Assembly (NCBI RefSeq): GCF_964355755.1
Contig: NC_092680.1
Coordinates: 18,237,045 to 18,301,044, forward strand
DNA from: Antedon mediterranea
Lineage: Eukaryota > Animalia > Echinodermata
DNA: 64,000 nt
Direction: 5' to 3'
Part shown: positions 37,001-46,802 of the stretch, piece by piece
Numbering within the stretch: the stretch's first letter is position 1
How the letters are laid out: each line of letters opens with the position of its first letter
The notes under the pieces: model-generated
Database searches by the model: none
The model's input: the letters and a program-made list of their open reading frames with translations, nothing else
What the model was told of the DNA's origin: nothing
Position numbers and translations under genes: made by a program

Positions 37001-37454
37001 GCAGTAAAACCATGGACCATGGTCGTGGAGGAATTATTAGATAGGCTAATAAATACGATAAATAATTCATCCATGCATGGTAAAACATTTATAAATCATC
37101 AACATAATTACACTTTATGAATGAATCATCCTTCAAACTCATTATCACAATCTTAGCCTAGTTTTATAACTACACGCGGAACGAACAGCAGGCCAGTGAG
37201 GCGGCGGCAGCAGTATCGCAGTGAAATGAACTCTCGAAGTTCGGGCTTGAAATGCTAGGAGGCCTAGCCTAGCCTAGCTAGAAATTATTTACCTCGTTTA
37301 CAGTTTTCTGCACGAAAAATTGAAGCTTTAAATTGACTATTTATTATTTCCTTAAAATGTATTACTTTTTAATTATGTAACTATACAGATACCAATAAAA
37401 ACTTACAGAATATTTCTGCCTAGACAGCGCATAATCAAATGTGGCCGCCGCCAT
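764..37454 (-). CDS. THOC1: THO complex subunit 1 (whole gene span, 18 coding exons, 649 aa, C-terminal death domain)
   Basis: Exons splice in consistent phase to 1950 nt. The translation carries THOC1 hallmark blocks: [83 protein letters not shown]. All introns are GT-AG. Confidence 0.97.
1510..1853. mobile_element. Kolobok-like non-autonomous DNA transposon (degenerate)
   Basis: Ends resemble AGATGTATTGTCCC TIRs in TTAA-like flanks; body is homologous to 46494-46802. Confidence 0.5.
1898..1979 (-). CDS. THOC1: THOC1 exon 17 ([27 protein letters not shown])
   Basis: 82 nt, SEEIKTGE motif, CAG/GTAATG. Confidence 0.93.
2195..2353. mobile_element. PIF/Harbinger-like MITE family A
   Basis: TIR AGCTCTGTCTACACTATCAAACT, TAA/TTA flanks; at least 10 copies in the window. 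Confidence 0.75.
2419..2572 (-). CDS. THOC1: THOC1 exon 16 ([25 protein letters not shown]...IAKEMP)
   Basis: 154 nt, AAG acceptor, GTAAGT donor. Confidence 0.95.
3338..3457. mobile_element. MITE family A copy
   Basis: Same TIR and cccaaatatggtagtgatatgacatcatcatgtcca core. Confidence 0.75.
3553..3800 (-). mobile_element. Internal fragment of Kolobok-like element
   Basis: Reverse complement of about 15680-15910. Confidence 0.6.
4049..4132 (-). CDS. THOC1: THOC1 exon 15 ([27 protein letters not shown])
   Basis: 84 nt, TAG/GTAAGA. Confidence 0.97.
4400..4602 (-). mobile_element. tRNA-derived SINE family B
   Basis: A-box tagccaagtgg and B-box gggttcaattcc on minus; body matches 16314-16480(+) and 59620-59762(-). 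Confidence 0.7.
4727..4861 (-). CDS. THOC1: THOC1 exon 14 ([10 protein letters not shown]...[24 protein letters not shown])
   Basis: 135 nt, CAG/GTAAAA. Confidence 0.96.
4915..6931. repeat. 19-bp minisatellite (GTGAAGTAAGACTCATAAA)n, roughly 105 units
   Basis: Near-perfect tandem array with variant blocks CTCAT/CTTAT/CTTCT/CTTTT/CTAAT. Confidence 0.99.
6979..7020 (-). CDS. THOC1: THOC1 exon 13 (42-nt small exon, [13 protein letters not shown])
   Basis: ttcctcaatctcag acceptor, AAG/GTAAGT donor; symmetric phase 2-2; low-complexity linker. Confidence 0.8.
7172..7350. mobile_element. PIF/Harbinger-like palindromic MITE family B
   Basis: TIR AGCGTGGTTCCCACTAG...CTAGTGGGAACCAAGCT, TWA-like flanks; copies at 41585, 53094, 56387, 56569. 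Confidence 0.8.
7420..7490 (-). CDS. THOC1: THOC1 exon 12 ([23 protein letters not shown])
   Basis: 71 nt, CAG/GTAATA, WN.WKN.GCP motif. Confidence 0.96.
7600..8404 (-). mobile_element. Non-autonomous Helentron (HINE/DINE-1-like) family 2
   Basis: 5' TTTTTAGTCGCGT subTIR plus short inverted copy and (GTCY/GTCG)n microsatellite; 3' CACGCGACT subTIR, small GC hairpin, CCTTGTT end. Confidence 0.75.
8700..8998. mobile_element. Long-hairpin non-autonomous element (possibly Crypton-type)
   Basis: Imperfect arms of about 75 bp at 8835-8996 around a TCGGCTTTGCCTC loop; family assignment is from memory of similar marine-invertebrate repeats. Confidence 0.5.
10100..10400 (+). mobile_element. RTE-X-like LINE 3' fragment
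   Basis: Translates [34 protein letters not shown] (RTE-X ORF2 C-terminus pattern); (TGAA)n-like tail. Confidence 0.55.
10410..10512 (+). mobile_element. tRNA-like-head repeat, internally deleted copy
   Basis: Matches 43542-43668. Confidence 0.6.
12396..12741 (+). repeat. Direct repeat of about 320-340 bp, copy 1
   Basis: High identity to 14731-15045. Confidence 0.9.
14250..14435 (-). mobile_element. Deu/Nin-domain SINE fragment
   Basis: Minus strand gtgcactttaaagaacctagtaca...gagtaagggg resembles the Deu/Nin central domain; (AATA)n tail. Confidence 0.55.
14731..15045 (+). repeat. Direct repeat of about 320 bp, copy 2
   Basis: High identity to 12396-12741. Confidence 0.9.
15632..16168. 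mobile_element. Kolobok-like non-autonomous DNA transposon
   Basis: TTAA-AGATGTATTGTCCCTT...AAGGGACAATACATCT-TTAA: TIRs with TTAA TSD. Confidence 0.75.
16314..16480 (+). mobile_element. SINE family B, 5'-truncated
   Basis: Matches reverse complement of 4400-4540. Confidence 0.7.
17157..17350. mobile_element. Tc1/pogo-like MITE fragment with internal (GGGGACACACCTATTAA)n repeats
   Basis: TA-CAGT start; related fragments at 133-250 and 14050-14210. Confidence 0.5.
18290..19068. repeat. 26-27-bp minisatellite (AACTTGAACCCAGGCCCTTAAACCACT)n
   Basis: About 28 diverged tandem units; 26-bp variant block at 18943-19068. Confidence 0.97.
19743..19900. mobile_element. MITE family A copy carrying a 26-bp palindromic insertion
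   Basis: TIR interrupted by CATAGAGAT...GTCTCTATG (19758-19783). Confidence 0.7.
23902..24019 (-). CDS. THOC1: THOC1 exon 11 (NVHVLTDEM...[17 protein letters not shown])
   Basis: 118 nt, TAG/GTAAGA, LL.E.PP.GE.F motif. Confidence 0.95.
24781..24881 (-). CDS. THOC1: THOC1 exon 10 ([33 protein letters not shown])
   Basis: 101 nt, CAG acceptor, weaker GTTCGT donor. Confidence 0.95.
25172..26650 (+). mobile_element. HINE family 1, inner full-length copy
   Basis: Same termini; sits in the (TTTA)n tract of the outer copy. Confidence 0.8.
26849..28405 (+). mobile_element. Canonical non-autonomous Helitron
   Basis: Starts TCTATATATA, ends with GC hairpin and CTAG; inserted between A and T (empty site CA/TGAATCAC visible near 25430); no TSD; internal 262-bp tandem duplication 27303-27826. 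Confidence 0.85.
29987..30130 (-). CDS. THOC1: THOC1 exon 9 (YSKVVLDAF...[11 protein letters not shown])
   Basis: 144 nt, CAG/GTATGT; inside ORF 29918..30142. Confidence 0.97.
31050..31192. mobile_element. Small palindromic MITE
   Basis: CACCACT..CAGCTGTCA / TGACAGCTG..AGTGGTG arms with central TTCTGAGCATGCTCAGAA. Confidence 0.5.
31526..31842 (-). mobile_element. Full-length tRNA-derived SINE with CORE-like domain and L2-like tail
   Basis: A-box tggcgcagtg, B-box ggttcgaatcc, ctctccacccaggtgtataaatgggtacc, gtaaagcgcc...gcgctatataaatg(TTA)n. Confidence 0.8.
32380..32535 (-). CDS. THOC1: THOC1 exon 8 (LDNSNMDV...[24 protein letters not shown]...QK)
   Basis: 156 nt, CAG/GTAAGT. Confidence 0.96.
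32691..33145 (-). ncRNA. Candidate structured intronic RNA (THOC1 intron 7) with H/ACA-like 3' module
   Basis: Several nested helices with G-U pairs on the minus strand; ANANNA hinge at 32749-32744; ACA at 32696-32694. Confidence 0.5.
33322..33398 (-). CDS. THOC1: THOC1 exon 7 ([26 protein letters not shown])
   Basis: 77 nt, CAG/GTAAGT; overlaps ORF 33181..33387. Confidence 0.95.
33485..33595. mobile_element. MITE family A, partial
   Basis: One TIR plus core. Confidence 0.7.
33637..33732 (-). CDS. THOC1: THOC1 exon 6 ([32 protein letters not shown])
   Basis: 96 nt, near-identical to vertebrate THOC1 core, CAG/GTCAGT. Confidence 0.98.
33793..33945. mobile_element. MITE family A copy
   Basis: Both TIRs, TAA flanks. 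Confidence 0.75.
34050..34183. mobile_element. MITE family A internal part with 21-bp tandem expansion
   Basis: (CATACCACTACCATATTTGGG) x4. Confidence 0.65.
34207..34255 (-). CDS. THOC1: THOC1 exon 5 ([16 protein letters not shown])
   Basis: 49 nt, CAG/GTAATA, conserved LRMCN. Confidence 0.96.
34336..34456 (-). mobile_element. tRNA-derived SINE head, family C (degenerate)
   Basis: Homologous to 35190-35322. Confidence 0.5.
34777..34962 (-). CDS. THOC1: THOC1 exon 4 (VEECQH...[11 protein letters not shown]...VWKS)
   Basis: TPF.LLGD and WKS motifs, 186 nt, TAG/GTGAGT. Confidence 0.95.
35190..35322 (-). mobile_element. tRNA-derived SINE head, family C
   Basis: tagcttggtggttaa A-box, gggttcaatcc B-box on minus. 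Confidence 0.6.
35433..35548. repeat. 38-bp tandem repeat x3
   Basis: ATGGAGTGGTCACTTGTTTTATGAGTGGCCGGTGGCTA. Confidence 0.95.
35617..35677 (-). CDS. THOC1: THOC1 exon 3 ([20 protein letters not shown])
   Basis: NEKK..LDQAFR motif, 61 nt, TAG/GTAAGT. Confidence 0.95.
36739..36812 (-). CDS. THOC1: THOC1 exon 2 ([24 protein letters not shown])
   Basis: ttttctgtag acceptor, GTAGGC donor, 74 nt; aligns to vertebrate ALNNKNIKPLL. Confidence 0.88.
37407..37454 (-). CDS. THOC1: THOC1 exon 1 ([16 protein letters not shown])
   Basis: aaaATGGCG start context, GTAAGT donor, 48 nt, phase 0. Confidence 0.85.
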
Positions 37455-38000
37455 TTTAAAAAATAATATTATAAATGAAAATCGTTCCGAAACCTTTTTT
37501 TTATTTGTTTATGTCAAGTCGCAAGCCACAGTCCCCCTCCACGCGTTGTTACGGCGGGAAAGTGAAAATATAGGAGGAAAGATGTACGTTAATTGAAATT
37601 AGTGATCATCACATCATTAATTTGTTGGGATCTCTCTCAACGGAATTAAAACACAAAATCTTCTCTGCTCAAAATCAGGACAAGAAGTAAAAAAGAAAAG
37701 AAAACAATTTTCTATTGTAGACCTACATTTTTAGTAATTGTTTGTGCAAAATATAGGCCTATATATTTCTTCTTTTTTTTTTCGCGCCGCTGCTCTAGCC
37801 AGCTATGTCCCATGAGGACATATTCATTAATACGCTGTTTCATAGTGGTAGCTTTAGTACCTAAGGCCGACAGTTTTGCGAATTTGCAAACTCGACTATA
37901 ATATTTATAGGTCCCAGCTGCTGGACCCAAAAACGTCTGGGAAAAGAAAGTCTATGAGGGCTCACGGTTGAACGATTTTGGATTCTTGCCCTTTGATTGG
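37455..38000 (-). promoter_or_regulatory. THOC1 proximal promoter / 5' region
   Basis: CpG-enriched sequence directly upstream of the ATG; YY1-like GCCGCCATTTT overlapping the start codon; CCAAT-type gattggtt near 37996. Confidence 0.5.
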
Positions 38001-38138
38001 TTGACGCGAATCAATAGATTGTGGAAGAATTTTCACTTGTACCACCGTGAAGTCACTTTGTCTCTAGAGGGTATTCAGCAGTGCCTACAGTTCAGGTTGA
38101 GGTCACACACACAAAAAGGCTACAGCACATTTCAATGT

Positions 38139-38194
38139 ATTTAAAAATGGTCAATTTTGAACTTTAAAAAGTTCAAAATTGACCATTTTTAAAT
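38139..38194. repeat. Perfect inverted repeat, 27-bp arms, 2-nt spacer
   Basis: ATTTAAAAATGGTCAATTTTGAACTTT-AA-AAAGTTCAAAATTGACCATTTTTAAAT. Confidence 0.95.
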
Positions 38195-39165
38195 GCCATT
38201 TTTAAATTAGTAGATTAATATTTTTTGGCAAATAATACATTGTTGGAAAGGTACACGTCACATGTCTTCTTTCAAATGCTGTGTATACAATTAACTAGTG
38301 AAAAAATGGACAAGTGATTCATAATTAAACAACTATCTGTGATTTGTATGTATCTTTGCGATTTAAGGACATCTTTTTAATAATTAATCATAAATTAATC
38401 AAAAGAACAATGATTAATTTTAAAATGTCGAGCGGCGTTTTTTTGTAAGAAATATTTCTTGTTTATTATTAAAACCTATTTCCTCTATACACCAGAAATG
38501 TGTAAACTAGTATTTTTCATGACTCGTGAGTAGCCGGCCTATGGGCATTCTTAATAGTTTCAGTGTGCATTGTAATCTGGGAGGATGGTACATCATGAAG
38601 TATTCGTTCTTATAAAAGATTGTTAGAAGAGAATGCATTTTTAGTTTAGTAGACAGGAGGAACAACTAATGATTCGAACTCGTGCGTATAATGCTCTGAG
38701 TGCCCTCTGACGTTAATGTACCATACACTGTTTTATCTAAAATTTAAGTGCAGTAATGAAAGACGAAATTAATCATTATATAAATTGGAAATAGTACAAT
38801 TGGTGAAATTGAATAGCCAGCATATGCCACGTGAAAAATATATGATCATTAATCATGTCGTAACCGTTGATCTGTATATTGGTGTGATAGCCAACATTTA
38901 CATTCTTTATGGTTATTGTAATGATTATTGTTTATATGTCTGTCATACATCTGTCAGATATATTGCATGTAATGTATCACTTGCTATTGGCAGTTACTCA
39001 ATTTCACTTCCTTTCAAATTTAAGTATATGATGTTGCTGAACCAGGATTTCCAAAATGAGAAGATAAAATGTTGTTTAAATGTAATTTAGAGCCTTGGGT
39101 GGTACTAACATGAAAACGCTAATTGATGAATCGAGGTCTTATTAAGATGGTCAACATATATCTCG

Positions 39166-39330
39166 TTTTAATAATAATAATATCGAATATTAGAGCGCTC
39201 TTAACCGGAATCTGCACAGCGCAAACGAAAAGAATAACTATGATAGGTAGTTTTCAGGAGAGATTTAAATTGAAAAGGGCCGGGGATGGAATGTAACGGA
39301 GAAGGGAACGAGGATCAGATCTGGTACCTG
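39166..39330 (-). mobile_element. L2-like LINE 3' end
   Basis: Minus strand QFKSLLKT motif, gagcgctcta...(TTA)n tail. Confidence 0.5.
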
Positions 39331-39973
39331 AGCAAAGATTAAGCCATTGTGCACGGATTTGGAGGCTATGTGCTCACCACATTTTTATTTAATTTTCACA
39401 TAGGGTGCATTGTCAATCAAAGAAGCCTTCAAGATTTTGCAAAACTTTACTGCAGGTATATTAGAGTGTTGTAAGGTGAAAGATTACTATTTATTGCAAA
39501 CCTCGTCTGACAAAAATAATTGCTGAAAAGTTCACCCTTATCTGTGCCGTCCACAACAGATGTACGCAAGGCCTGATATTAGCCTACAATCATTCAATTT
39601 CTGGAATTCCTTGGTAGGTTTTGAGAGGTTATCACAATAACCAATTCATAGATGTTGATATTTTGCTGAATTTCTTTCTTAGGCTGCACTGCATGGGAAC
39701 GTTTACAATGTGAATAATTATTAAATATGATACCATATGTGAATATTACGTGAGTAATAATTGTTATTGAATATAAAACAAAAAGAATAGAGTCAACAAA
39801 TTAAACAAATCATACTAAAATGTATGTATGTGTCTTTTCTCCCATCTGCTATTATTACTTCAAGCATTCTGGCTCGAAAATATTTTTGTCACGTATATAA
39901 AAACATTAAAAATATGATAAAATGGGTAAAATACAAACAGTACGACACCAAGCAACAAATACAAAATTATGTA

Positions 39974-40242
39974 AGGTTAACACTACCACCACAGTAAACG
40001 CCTTTAAAAATAAACTTGATAAATTCATTGAAAGAAAATACAACAAATTTACTTTTATGGGATAAAGTGTATTGCAGAAGAATTTAAATCAAGGAAACGA
40101 ATGAAAAAAAAAAAAAAACTAAAAAAAAACCATGCAGTGATGACTTGATGAAATTGGAAGGGCATGGCATGTACCATAAAGAAATGTATGGTCTACTTAC
40201 GATCCCGACAAGACAGGTGATTACAGGTGATTACAGGTGATT
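39974..40242 (+). mobile_element. CR1-like LINE 3' end
   Basis: VNTTTTVNAFKNKLDKF (CR1 ORF2 C-terminal motif) and (ACAGGTGATT)n tail. Confidence 0.6.
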
Positions 40243-41014
40243 AAAACATGGTTCGTCCAATGTAAACAATATCGTACAAAATGTAGAGAACAGTATTATA
40301 AAAATTGGATAAAAAGTATGTTGACCTGACAACATTTGCATTAAAAAGCCTCATAGTCATATGACTATGAGGCTTTTTAATGCCAGAATGCTTGAAGTAA
40401 TAAAATAATTGAATCGAATTGAAATGTAAGAATGGACTACCGGATGATACACCAATTAAACCAAAACAATGAAGGAAACTAAAAGGAAATTGAAAAGACA
40501 ACCAGGAAGACAAAAATTATTAGATGAACCAAACAAATTGAAATATTTAAAAAGAAAAAATAACAATAACAAACCATCCTGCCCTAAACCGAAACAAATT
40601 TTGGAAAGCATCAGGTAATGTCTGAATAACGGAAAACGCTAAAAGATGGTATTTACGTATTACGTCCAAATTGTATTGGAAGTGGTACTTTTCAACTGCA
40701 TTTCAACGGGGACTGACATTTCGCCCTTCCCTGGTTTCAAGAAATGCCATGTTGCTGGACAAAATTTACAAGAATTGCACCGGGATGGTTTTAAACTAAT
40801 TGGAAGGTGTTAGCGGATTAGAGGAGTAGGGTATCCAAATTACCGGAAATGTACTGGAATGTTTTATTCTACATTTCAAAACCGTCACGAACTGGAATGT
40901 TACTATGGCAGGTATTTCTTCTAGTTAGTATATCAACATGTACCAATGACCATACGATAGCACTGGTTCGCGCATTCTATAGCTCATATCGCGCATCTGG
41001 TAATTGCACGGTAA

Positions 41015-41534
41015 AGCGTGGTTCCCACTAGAACGCAGCACAGCGATGTATCGACGCAAAGTGCTGTATTGCGTAAGCGTGGTTCCCACTAGAACGCAAC
41101 GCAACGACGTATCGACGCAAAGTGCTGTATTTCGTAAGCGTGGTTCCCACTAGAACGCAACGCAACGACGTATCGACGCAAAGTGCTGTATTGCGTAAGC
41201 GTGGTTCCCACTAGAACGCAACGCAACGACGTATCGACGCAAAGTGCTGTATTGCGTAATCACAAGTGGGAACCGACGACGCAACAGTGCTGCAAACATC
41301 GCAGGTTTGATTTCACGCAGGTAGGGGCAAACACAATGAGTGGAAGGGAATTTTCTTACGTTGCGTAGATTACGTTACGTTGCGTCGCGTTCAATCACAA
41401 GTGGGAACCGACGACGCAATAGTGCTGCAAACTTCGCAGGTTAGGTTTCACGCAGGCGGGGGAAAACACAATGAAGGGCATTTGCTTACGTTGCGTAGAT
41501 TGCGTTACGTTGCGTCGCTAGTGGGAACCAAGCT
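41015..41534. mobile_element. MITE family B-related subfamily with four tandem 61-bp left ends and two right parts
   Basis: Same TIR as family B; TAA/TTA flanks. Confidence 0.8.
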
Positions 41535-41584
41535 TTATAGTCATCATCACAAACGCTGAACGTCTTGCGACATAGCGCGCTTAA

Positions 41585-41736
41585 AGCGGGGTTCCCACTA
41601 GCGACGCAACGTAAGGACGTAACGCAACGCAAGTGAATTAACCAATCACAAGCGATGGCTTTAACTTCGCTTGTCATGGTTAAAACGTTTGCGTTGCGTT
41701 TACGTCCTTGCGTTACGTTCTAGTGGGAACCAAGCT
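41585..41736. mobile_element. MITE family B copy
   Basis: TAA...TAA TSD, TIRs. Confidence 0.8.
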
Positions 41737-43541
41737 TAAAAGGACTTCTCCAATCATAGCGATTATTGGCCAAAGTGTACATAAACTTAGTTATTTGTCT
41801 TTCATTTTCTATAAATTGTACCCATGTGGTTTTGGGTTGTTCTCTTGATCTCTTGACTTTTCTTATTCATTCGAATATAGTGTTGGGACGAAGAAGTTCA
41901 CACTATGTCAAGCGTCTTCTTTTTACCAGGTACGTATGAGATGAATAAAAAAAAGGAGATTAAATATGAATGGTTATTTATTAGAAAGTTATGCTGGAGG
42001 GTGGTTATTGCTGAATGCGTTTAAAGTACGCGACCACTAAAATCAATATTATATATAATTTCATATTAATTATATACAATATGAATATTGCCTTAACTTT
42101 AAATTCCTCAATGCTTGTGATTAAGAAAATTGGTTTATGATTGCAATTGATAGCCAGTGGTGTACGGCGTCACAAATTGTACGACGCAGTGATATGATTG
42201 GTTAACAAATTTACCAGGTGAGAAATGATACATTTTACAATTAATGAAATTACCCAGGTTAAATAAGCGTGACCTTTTGAAGGACATCATTTTACTTTTT
42301 TTCATTTTTTAACCCAAATGAAAATGAGATATAACAATACCGTATGACATGTTTGTGCCTGCTAGACTTTAGTTAAATACCCGGGTAAGTTGGTTGGGTA
42401 CAGTTATCGGTAACTTTCGTGGCTTAGATTTCTTTATCAGGATAAATAATTAAGGCTAAATAGCCCAAATATAATCTTACCCAATGTGTCTACTTTGTGT
42501 AAGATAAGGGATAGTAACACATTAAAATGGATAAAATACAAAATAGTACAAGATAAAAACAGTACGAAATTCAATTTATCACATCTGATCTGAAACGACA
42601 GGAAGGTTAAAATAAAATAAGCAGCGTCGGTCTATCTAGTTGTTCTAAGCACTACACAGTGTTTATCGAAGATGTACACTTTTTCACAGAAAAATGTCTC
42701 TGGTTGATATTACTGCTTAATGGATGTATTGTATTATAGTATGAAGGTGTGGGAATGATATTTCTAGGGATTTATAATAGTAGGGCATGTGCTGTTAATT
42801 GGGTTAATATACTTTTTTAAGAAAACATTTGAAAGACGAAACAAAATGAGAACAAATTTTGAGACTCAGAAAAAACAAATGCGATAACGCAAAAACAAAA
42901 AGAGCACATTATAAGTTGAATAAAACATTGCCGCCGTTGAAAACAGGTATAGTGCAGCTACAATAAGTAGTCACGACAGGTCATTATTATTCATGGAATG
43001 TGCATACGTTCTGTTTTACGAGAACATTACAAAAAAAAACATTTTAGACTTAATCGTATACCAGAAACGAACTTAAGATCAGCCGAGAAAAACACCCTAA
43101 AGTTGAAATGGATTTTATTGTCACTTCAAAAGTTGAAATACATAGTTTAAAATGACTTAATCCCCATGGTAGCGACTACAATGCGTCAAATGCTACGTGA
43201 AGTTGAACTGGTTGATGATGATGACTTTACTCATCATGTTACTTTACTTCAAATAAAATTAGATTTGAACTCGTCACTCGCCACAAACGCAGCATGTACT
43301 TTATGAGCGCGGAAAGTTAATGTCTGCCATCCTATGACCTGAAATATATTTATAGCGCTATTTTGTATCATATAGTATAGGCCTATTGTACACTACAGTA
43401 TTAGACTATACCTGGCGTTTATATATATTGATCTCTGGTGCGCGAGTATACAATTGAGGGACTAGTGCTGTTCCGCCGTACCACGCCGATAATGTTAAAG
43501 AGTCGCTATCCAATCGAGTTTGAACAATACCATGAATAAAT

Positions 43542-43668
43542 TCTAATGGTTAGGACATCTGCATATCAAGCAGAAGCTTCCGGGTTCGAGTCTCGGTCGG
43601 GGCGACTTTTTCTCATTCTCACAGATTTCTTCATCGTTATCGCTTCAAAATAATTAATTAAATTTCAG
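43542..43668 (+). mobile_element. tRNA-derived (Asp-like, anticodon loop ATC) SINE/pseudogene repeat
   Basis: TCTGC-ATATCAA-GCAGA anticodon arm, GGTTCGAGTC B-box, 3' tail shared with 10410-10512. Confidence 0.6.
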
Positions 43669-44552
43669 TATGCCTATATCACCGGGGGTTTAGAATTTAT
43701 TCTGTGCTTATGATGTTTATATAATTATTAACATGAATATATAACATAAAGATATAATTTACGAAAAATAAATGAGCAAGAACAAAGTAAATTTTGAAAT
43801 CGGACAGTACGTGGTATATTATAACGAAAGAACTTTCAGTGGCAACAACGAGTGTTCAACGCCTATATACTGAATATAGTCCAATTTGTTCGTTATTATG
43901 AACGTGTTACGACAAAGCGATTTTGACTGGCATAGGCCATAAATAAAATAATCGTAATATTAAAGTTGTTACGTGCGGGTTTTTTTCTGCATTTTCGTGA
44001 TTTTGTAGAAGAATTAGTTGACCTCTAATTGTATGGATTCGATGCGAAGTCATAATGTAACATTTATGAATACATTAGGGGTTAGTGTAAATTACGTGAC
44101 CTCGTACGTGACCTCGCACAGAAGACGTATTCATACGAAACCGACTGGAGTTTGTAAGTTGAGTATTTGAGTATTATCACTGTACACATTCGGTACTTTG
44201 ATTCTAATATTATCCGTTCATCTTTGCTTACCATTGATTAGATTACTATCAATACAACTCTGAACATTAAGGGCCAATCGAATGACCACTCGCGCAACAT
44301 GAAGTCAATAGCGTCACATAATGACGCATTTGTCCTAGTAAAAACGCGCGTAACGCAACAAGGCACAGTACTATTGTATAACAAATTAGGTCACACGTGA
44401 CCTTGCATGCTGCTTACTAATTAAAACATTAATTTGACGAATGTACATGACAAATAACAAAATTATATCTCTTACAAACAATCTGGATAAATTGGTGATT
44501 GAAAGCCGCCGGCGAGTTATCTTGTTCTCGATGTGATTTGAAATTTATTAAT

Positions 44553-44795
44553 ACAGTGACATGAATGTCCTTTTTTGTCTAAACATCTATTTATAGTTTA
44601 ATTATTTTAATGTCAAAATTTCAGGATTTCTTTTAAAACAGTGACATAAATGCCCCCTTTTTTTCTAAAAATATATTTATAGTTTAGTATTAATTGAATG
44701 TAAATATTTCAGGATTAAAATAACATATGAATGTTTTTTTTTTCTAAAATGTTTAGTTTTTATTAATTGAATGGTAATATTTCAGGATTTAAAAT
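44553..44795. repeat. Degenerate tandem repeat of about 80 bp, x3
   Basis: Recurrent TTTCAGGATT, ATGAATG and TAGTTT blocks. Confidence 0.6.
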
Positions 44796-45001
44796 CAATA
44801 ATGTTTGAGCCATGTATTTGTGTCAACATTGATTTAACTTTATTTCCTCGCCGTTTGCGGTATCATGGTAAGTAGTACACTCTTTTTATAAACCTCTTCA
44901 TTTTCATTTAATAATGGACCATCAAAGCATGTGTCCCTCCTCATAAAATGGTTGCTTGAAAGTGATTGAATTTTTATTGATGTTTAAAGAAAATGCCCTT
45001 G

Positions 45002-45139
45002 TATCAAACATTTGACAAAAAAAGTCTGATGTTCCCAAATAGGGTAGCGATATGCCCAAATATGGTAATGATATGACATGTCCATATATAGGCACATCAC
45101 ATTTTTTCACATAAAGTTTTTGATAGTATAGACAGAGCT
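45002..45139. mobile_element. MITE family A copy
   Basis: Core plus right TIR. Confidence 0.7.
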
Positions 45140-46493
45140 TAAAATAGCATTCCTAATTAATTTTACAATGTTAAGCTACTTAGGACGCTAATACAATGAT
45201 TGTTTGCAATTTCCTCTAAGTGAACATTCAATGTATATTTTAAATAATTCTTTATAAAGATGAGAAATAACACACACCTGCCTTCCTGAGTGAGACGAGA
45301 ATACACTTGGGAAAGAAATCAATAATTGACATTTTGAACTCTTATATTATGCCAAAAGACAATTATTTTTATTGTATTTTTTAACAAAATCAACGTTTGA
45401 TTATAAACCCATCCGTCATCCAAAACAAGAGCATTGGGTTTGCATGCAAAATATAGTGCAGGTACAATAATTATGTCAAGAGTTGAAAGGATGGCTATAT
45501 AAGATACCTTTATACTTGTATTGTGTACGCGGAATTCGCAAACACTAAACCGTTTACTTTAAATTTACCACATTTTGTAGGCCTAGATGTGATATGATAT
45601 TTACCTTACGTGATCTGATGTTAACTGACGTTAGGCCACGGGGATGGGGTTTGCCTTTTAGGCATACATCTATATCAACATCATACAATTAGCAAACGTT
45701 ATACACATTTTATTTCATGTTGCTAGTATTTTAAATATCCTAGTGTGTATTTAAGGCCTACTAGGGGAGGTACGATAATTATAGACATCTTTCAACCGTA
45801 ATTGCAGCATTTGCCTTTAGCGACAACAGTGGAGCTAGTAGCAACGGGAGCGGAAATGGGTCGTGAGAAACGTTTTTTATGAGATATTCTCGTACGGAGA
45901 GGTTTTTGAAAAAGAGGCTTTATAATGTCAGGAGAAGCTATACAGTATCTCAAAATTGATAAAGACCATTTAGTTTATAATATAAGTTTGATTGTTTGAA
46001 AGTTCAAAGACACATAAATGTAATTAGATTAACTTAGCCAGTCCAGCTTCCTCTAAAGGACACACTTTAACTAATTACTAAACCTACAAGTTTTCATTTC
46101 AGAAGTAATCTCTACTAAAACATTTGATTTAATCATGTATCGCTGTCGAACTAGTTTAAAATTGACGCTATTAATTTTCAATTTTTTTTATTCACCTTAA
46201 ATGATCTTTTTAAATGACCTTTGACATTTAAAATAGTCGAAAATGCACAAGAGAGACGGAAATATGTATATAATAATGGTCTGGACAGGACCCATTTGAC
46301 ATTTACCCACGATATTTAGAAAACATTGGAGTTGCACTTAAGATTTACAGCCATCATACATCAACACATTTTGTAGGATTTATAAGTAGTCACTGCTGTA
46401 ATTTATATTTTGCAAGGGTTAAACAAATGTCAGTTTTAAATTTATTATGTGTTCTTTGAACTTTACAATTGAGTAGAAATAATAAGTCGGTAA

Positions 46494-46802
46494 AGATGTA
46501 TTGTCCCTTGAAAAAAATAATTAAAAAACATTTATTGTTTAATATGCCATTTTAATGTCACGTAATAGCTATTCAAAAATTAGATCACGAAAAAAAATTA
46601 TTTACCTGAAAAAAATGTAATTTAAAGCAAAAAATAGTCAAATTGGCCGCCAGCCAATGGTGTTTTATTTTATCATTTTATAAGTTAAAACATTTTTGTT
46701 TCTACAGAAGTGATTAACTTCATGAACACTATAATAACCTATTCACCGTATGATTTTATCAATCTTCAATGTTCATGTTTTTAGGGGACAACACATCTTT
46801 AA
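46494..46802. mobile_element. Kolobok-like non-autonomous element
   Basis: AGATGTATTGTCCC...GGGACAACACATCT-TTAA. Confidence 0.65.

Noticed and set aside
41015-41260. CRISPR-like array
   Set aside because: Units are near-identical with no unique spacers, derive from a MITE end, there are no cas genes, and the context is eukaryotic
43542-43605. Functional tRNA-Asp gene
   Set aside because: 5' acceptor strand missing, atypical ATC anticodon, tail shared with another copy; SINE or pseudogene
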